NCBI RefSeq assembly: GCF_032444005.1
Contig: NC_091285.1
Span: forward strand, 620,310,001-620,374,000
Length of the DNA stretch: 64,000 nt
DNA from: Ranitomeya imitator
Lineage: Eukaryota
Direction of reading: 5' to 3'
Every line of letters begins with the position of its first letter. Within the stretch, counting starts at the first letter, position 1. The position numbers and the translations under genes are program-made. Shown here piece after piece: positions 61,740 to 64,000 of this stretch. The notes beneath the pieces were generated by a model. That model was not told the origin of the DNA. It made no database searches and worked only from the letters and a program-made list of their open reading frames with translations.

Positions 61740-64000
61740 TTTCTCCTACGCCTCATTGGGGGACACAGGACCATGGGTGTTATGCTGCTGCCACTAGGAG
61801 GACACTAAGTAAACAGAAAGATTAACTGCTCCTCTGCAATATACACCCCTTCACTGGCTACAATTCAACCAGTTCTTGCTTAGTGTCTGTAGGAGGCACT
61901 TGGGTCTGTTTTCAGACCCCAACTTTCTTATTTTAATTTTTATTTCCGTAAATTTTTATTCAACGGAGTGAAGGGGGTGACGGATCCCTTTTTATAGGGC
62001 CCGTTCTCCCCCGAACCAGCAACAGGCGAGTATACCTCCCCGTCCCTCTCCTGCGACGCTGGAGCACGCCAATTTTTACTGGGGCGACGGTTTCCATCTT
62101 TGGTCCCGATCTCCCTTCCCCCCTGCAAGACGGCGAGTACATAGAGCCTGCTCTAATGTACCTCTCCGGGGGCCCGACAGACAAGGCCCACACTGCATGG
62201 CGTTGCACTATGGGATCCCATGACAGAAGAGGATGGGAATGGAAGCATGGATGGAGCGCAGGTGACAGGGGGACCTGCATTACCGGAGGGCACTGTGAGT
62301 ACACATCCCTCCTGCGCCCGCCGGCGGTACTTGCGGCAGAGTCCCTGGGGAGGCCGGCGGTTGGGGGCCTGCGGTGGTCAGCGACGCTCCGTTGCGACCA
62401 CCGGGCAGGCCGGAAATTTAGTCCCCGGCTTTTCAGCCGGAGTAGGCCGCAGTGGGCAGATCCCTCCCACGGCCGTAACCCCGACCCCTATATCGGCGCT
62501 TCTCGTCTGGGACGAGAGGCGCCCTGCAGATCTCGGGGGCCATATTGCCATCTCTCTGCAAGGTGGCCCACGCTGTCCAGGAACCGCCACGGCTAATTCC
62601 TCCCCGGGGACACAGGCACAGGATCGTGGGTAAGCTGCTTCAAGAAAGCTTAACCCTTTCCCTGTGTATACTGCCCCGCTCTGTCTCTAAAGACACTATG
62701 TCTCAATCCAAGGAGACAAAAAAGGGTAACAAGAAGCACACAGTGTTTTTCACTGTATGTGCCACTTGCAATACGGCCCTGCCCCAAACTCACACTAACC
62801 CGTTGTGTGCGGATTGTGTCCCGGCCTCTGTGCAGCCGCCTCTCGCCAATGCCGCCGTGGAGCCTAGCCTCCTTGAGTGGGCAGCTTCTCTGTCACGATC
62901 TATGGATTCCCTAGTCAGGGCGGTTGACTCCTTCCGGGGCCCCCCTTCAGGTCAGACCGTGGTGGATTCGGGCGACGGTACGGATCCGTTTCCCCAGCAG
63001 GGGGCGTACTCTGTCACCTCCTTCTCGGGGTTCCAGAAAACGTGTCCATGTTCCATCCCCTGACCATGGGCCAGTTAGTTTTTCAGCGTCGGCGAGCTCC
63101 GCTTCCTGGTCCCCTTCTCCAGACAACCCAAACGACTCTGAATATGAGTCCGACGATTCCTACGTTCAGGATTCCTCCTCCTCCCAAGAGACACTCGATT
63201 CTCTCATTGAAGCGGTCAACCTGACCCTGAAGGTGACCGAGGAATCCGTATCTACGCCCGAACACGTGGTGTCGTTCAAAAAGACTAAACGTGTCCAAAG
63301 GGTTTTTCACTCATCCTGAGTTCAAGGAGATTGTACAAAAACATAGGGACCGTCCCGATAAACGCTTCATGGGTCAAAAGCCCATCGAGGCCAAATATCC
63401 TTTTCCTCAGGAACTAATCAAGGACTGGCTTCAGTCCCCCTCAGTGGACCCTGCTGTGTCACGTCTCGCTTTCAAAACCATCCTGTCCCTGTCAGACGGC
63501 TCCTCGGTTAAGAACCCCTCTGACCGTCAGATTGATTATCTGGCTCGCTCCATCTTCAAGGCCACAGGAGCCTCTCTCTTCCCATCTTTCGCTGCCTCTT
63601 GGGTGGCTAAGGCTATGGTCGCTTGGGCCAAGACGCTTTCCACTACCATCCAAGTTAGCGACTTACCTCCAGAAGCGATCAACCTGGCTAACCAGATAGC
63701 CCAGGCTGGGGATTTCGTGGTCAGTGCCTCAATAGACGCCGCCAATTGCGCTGCACAGGCAGCCGCGAATGCAATCTCCATTAGAAGAGCCCTGTGGCTC
63801 AGGGATTGGCGAGCAGATTCAGCTTCCAAGCGCTCTTTGACATCTCTGCCCTACCAGGCTGGTCGTTTATTTGGAGAAAAATTAGACCAAATAATCTCGG
63901 ATGCCACCGGGGGAAAAAGTAAATTTCTTCCCCAACAAAAGCCTACCCGGCCATTTCGGTATCAACAACAACCCCGATTTCGGCCCTTTCGTAACAATAC
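61740..64000 (+). mobile_element. DIRS1-like retrotransposon, copy C (related family; 5' part, runs off right edge)
   Basis: 5' ITR TTTCTCCTACGCCTCATTGGGGGACACAGGACCATGGGTGTTATGCTGCTG; gag from ATG 62698 (CATC...CADC), frameshifted, then open to the edge (VDPAVSRL...RRALWLRDWRADSASK). Confidence 0.9.

Overview
Vertebrate genomic DNA, most likely anuran amphibian judging from the repeat families (inference). The window holds the 5' two-thirds of SNRNP200/Brr2 on the minus strand. Coding exons 1-28 were reconstructed by hand (55934 down to 5545, 3829 nt, frame intact). Introns are GT-AG except one GC-AG, and the gene runs off the left edge. Most introns are tiny (77-300 nt), but a few are hugely inflated by mobile DNA. 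The dominant structure is a 20.6-kb head-to-tail triple endogenous retrovirus in intron 9 (LTR-int-LTR-int-LTR-int-LTR, antisense to the host). It is bounded by a single 4-bp TSD, and its two inner LTRs are 5'/3' chimeras. The defective provirus has a tRNA-Lys1,2 PBS, a 61-bp leader VNTR, a consensus RanBP2-type zinc finger in its gag region and a frameshifted env. Also present: four DIRS1-type tyrosine-recombinase retrotransposons (one with complete ITR/ICR ends), two full-length Tc1 elements with open DD34E transposases, an L2 LINE with a nearby second 3' copy, several nested MITEs, and a divergent CDE/CHR-type promoter upstream of SNRNP200. There is one 158-nt assembly gap. No bacterial or CRISPR systems were found.
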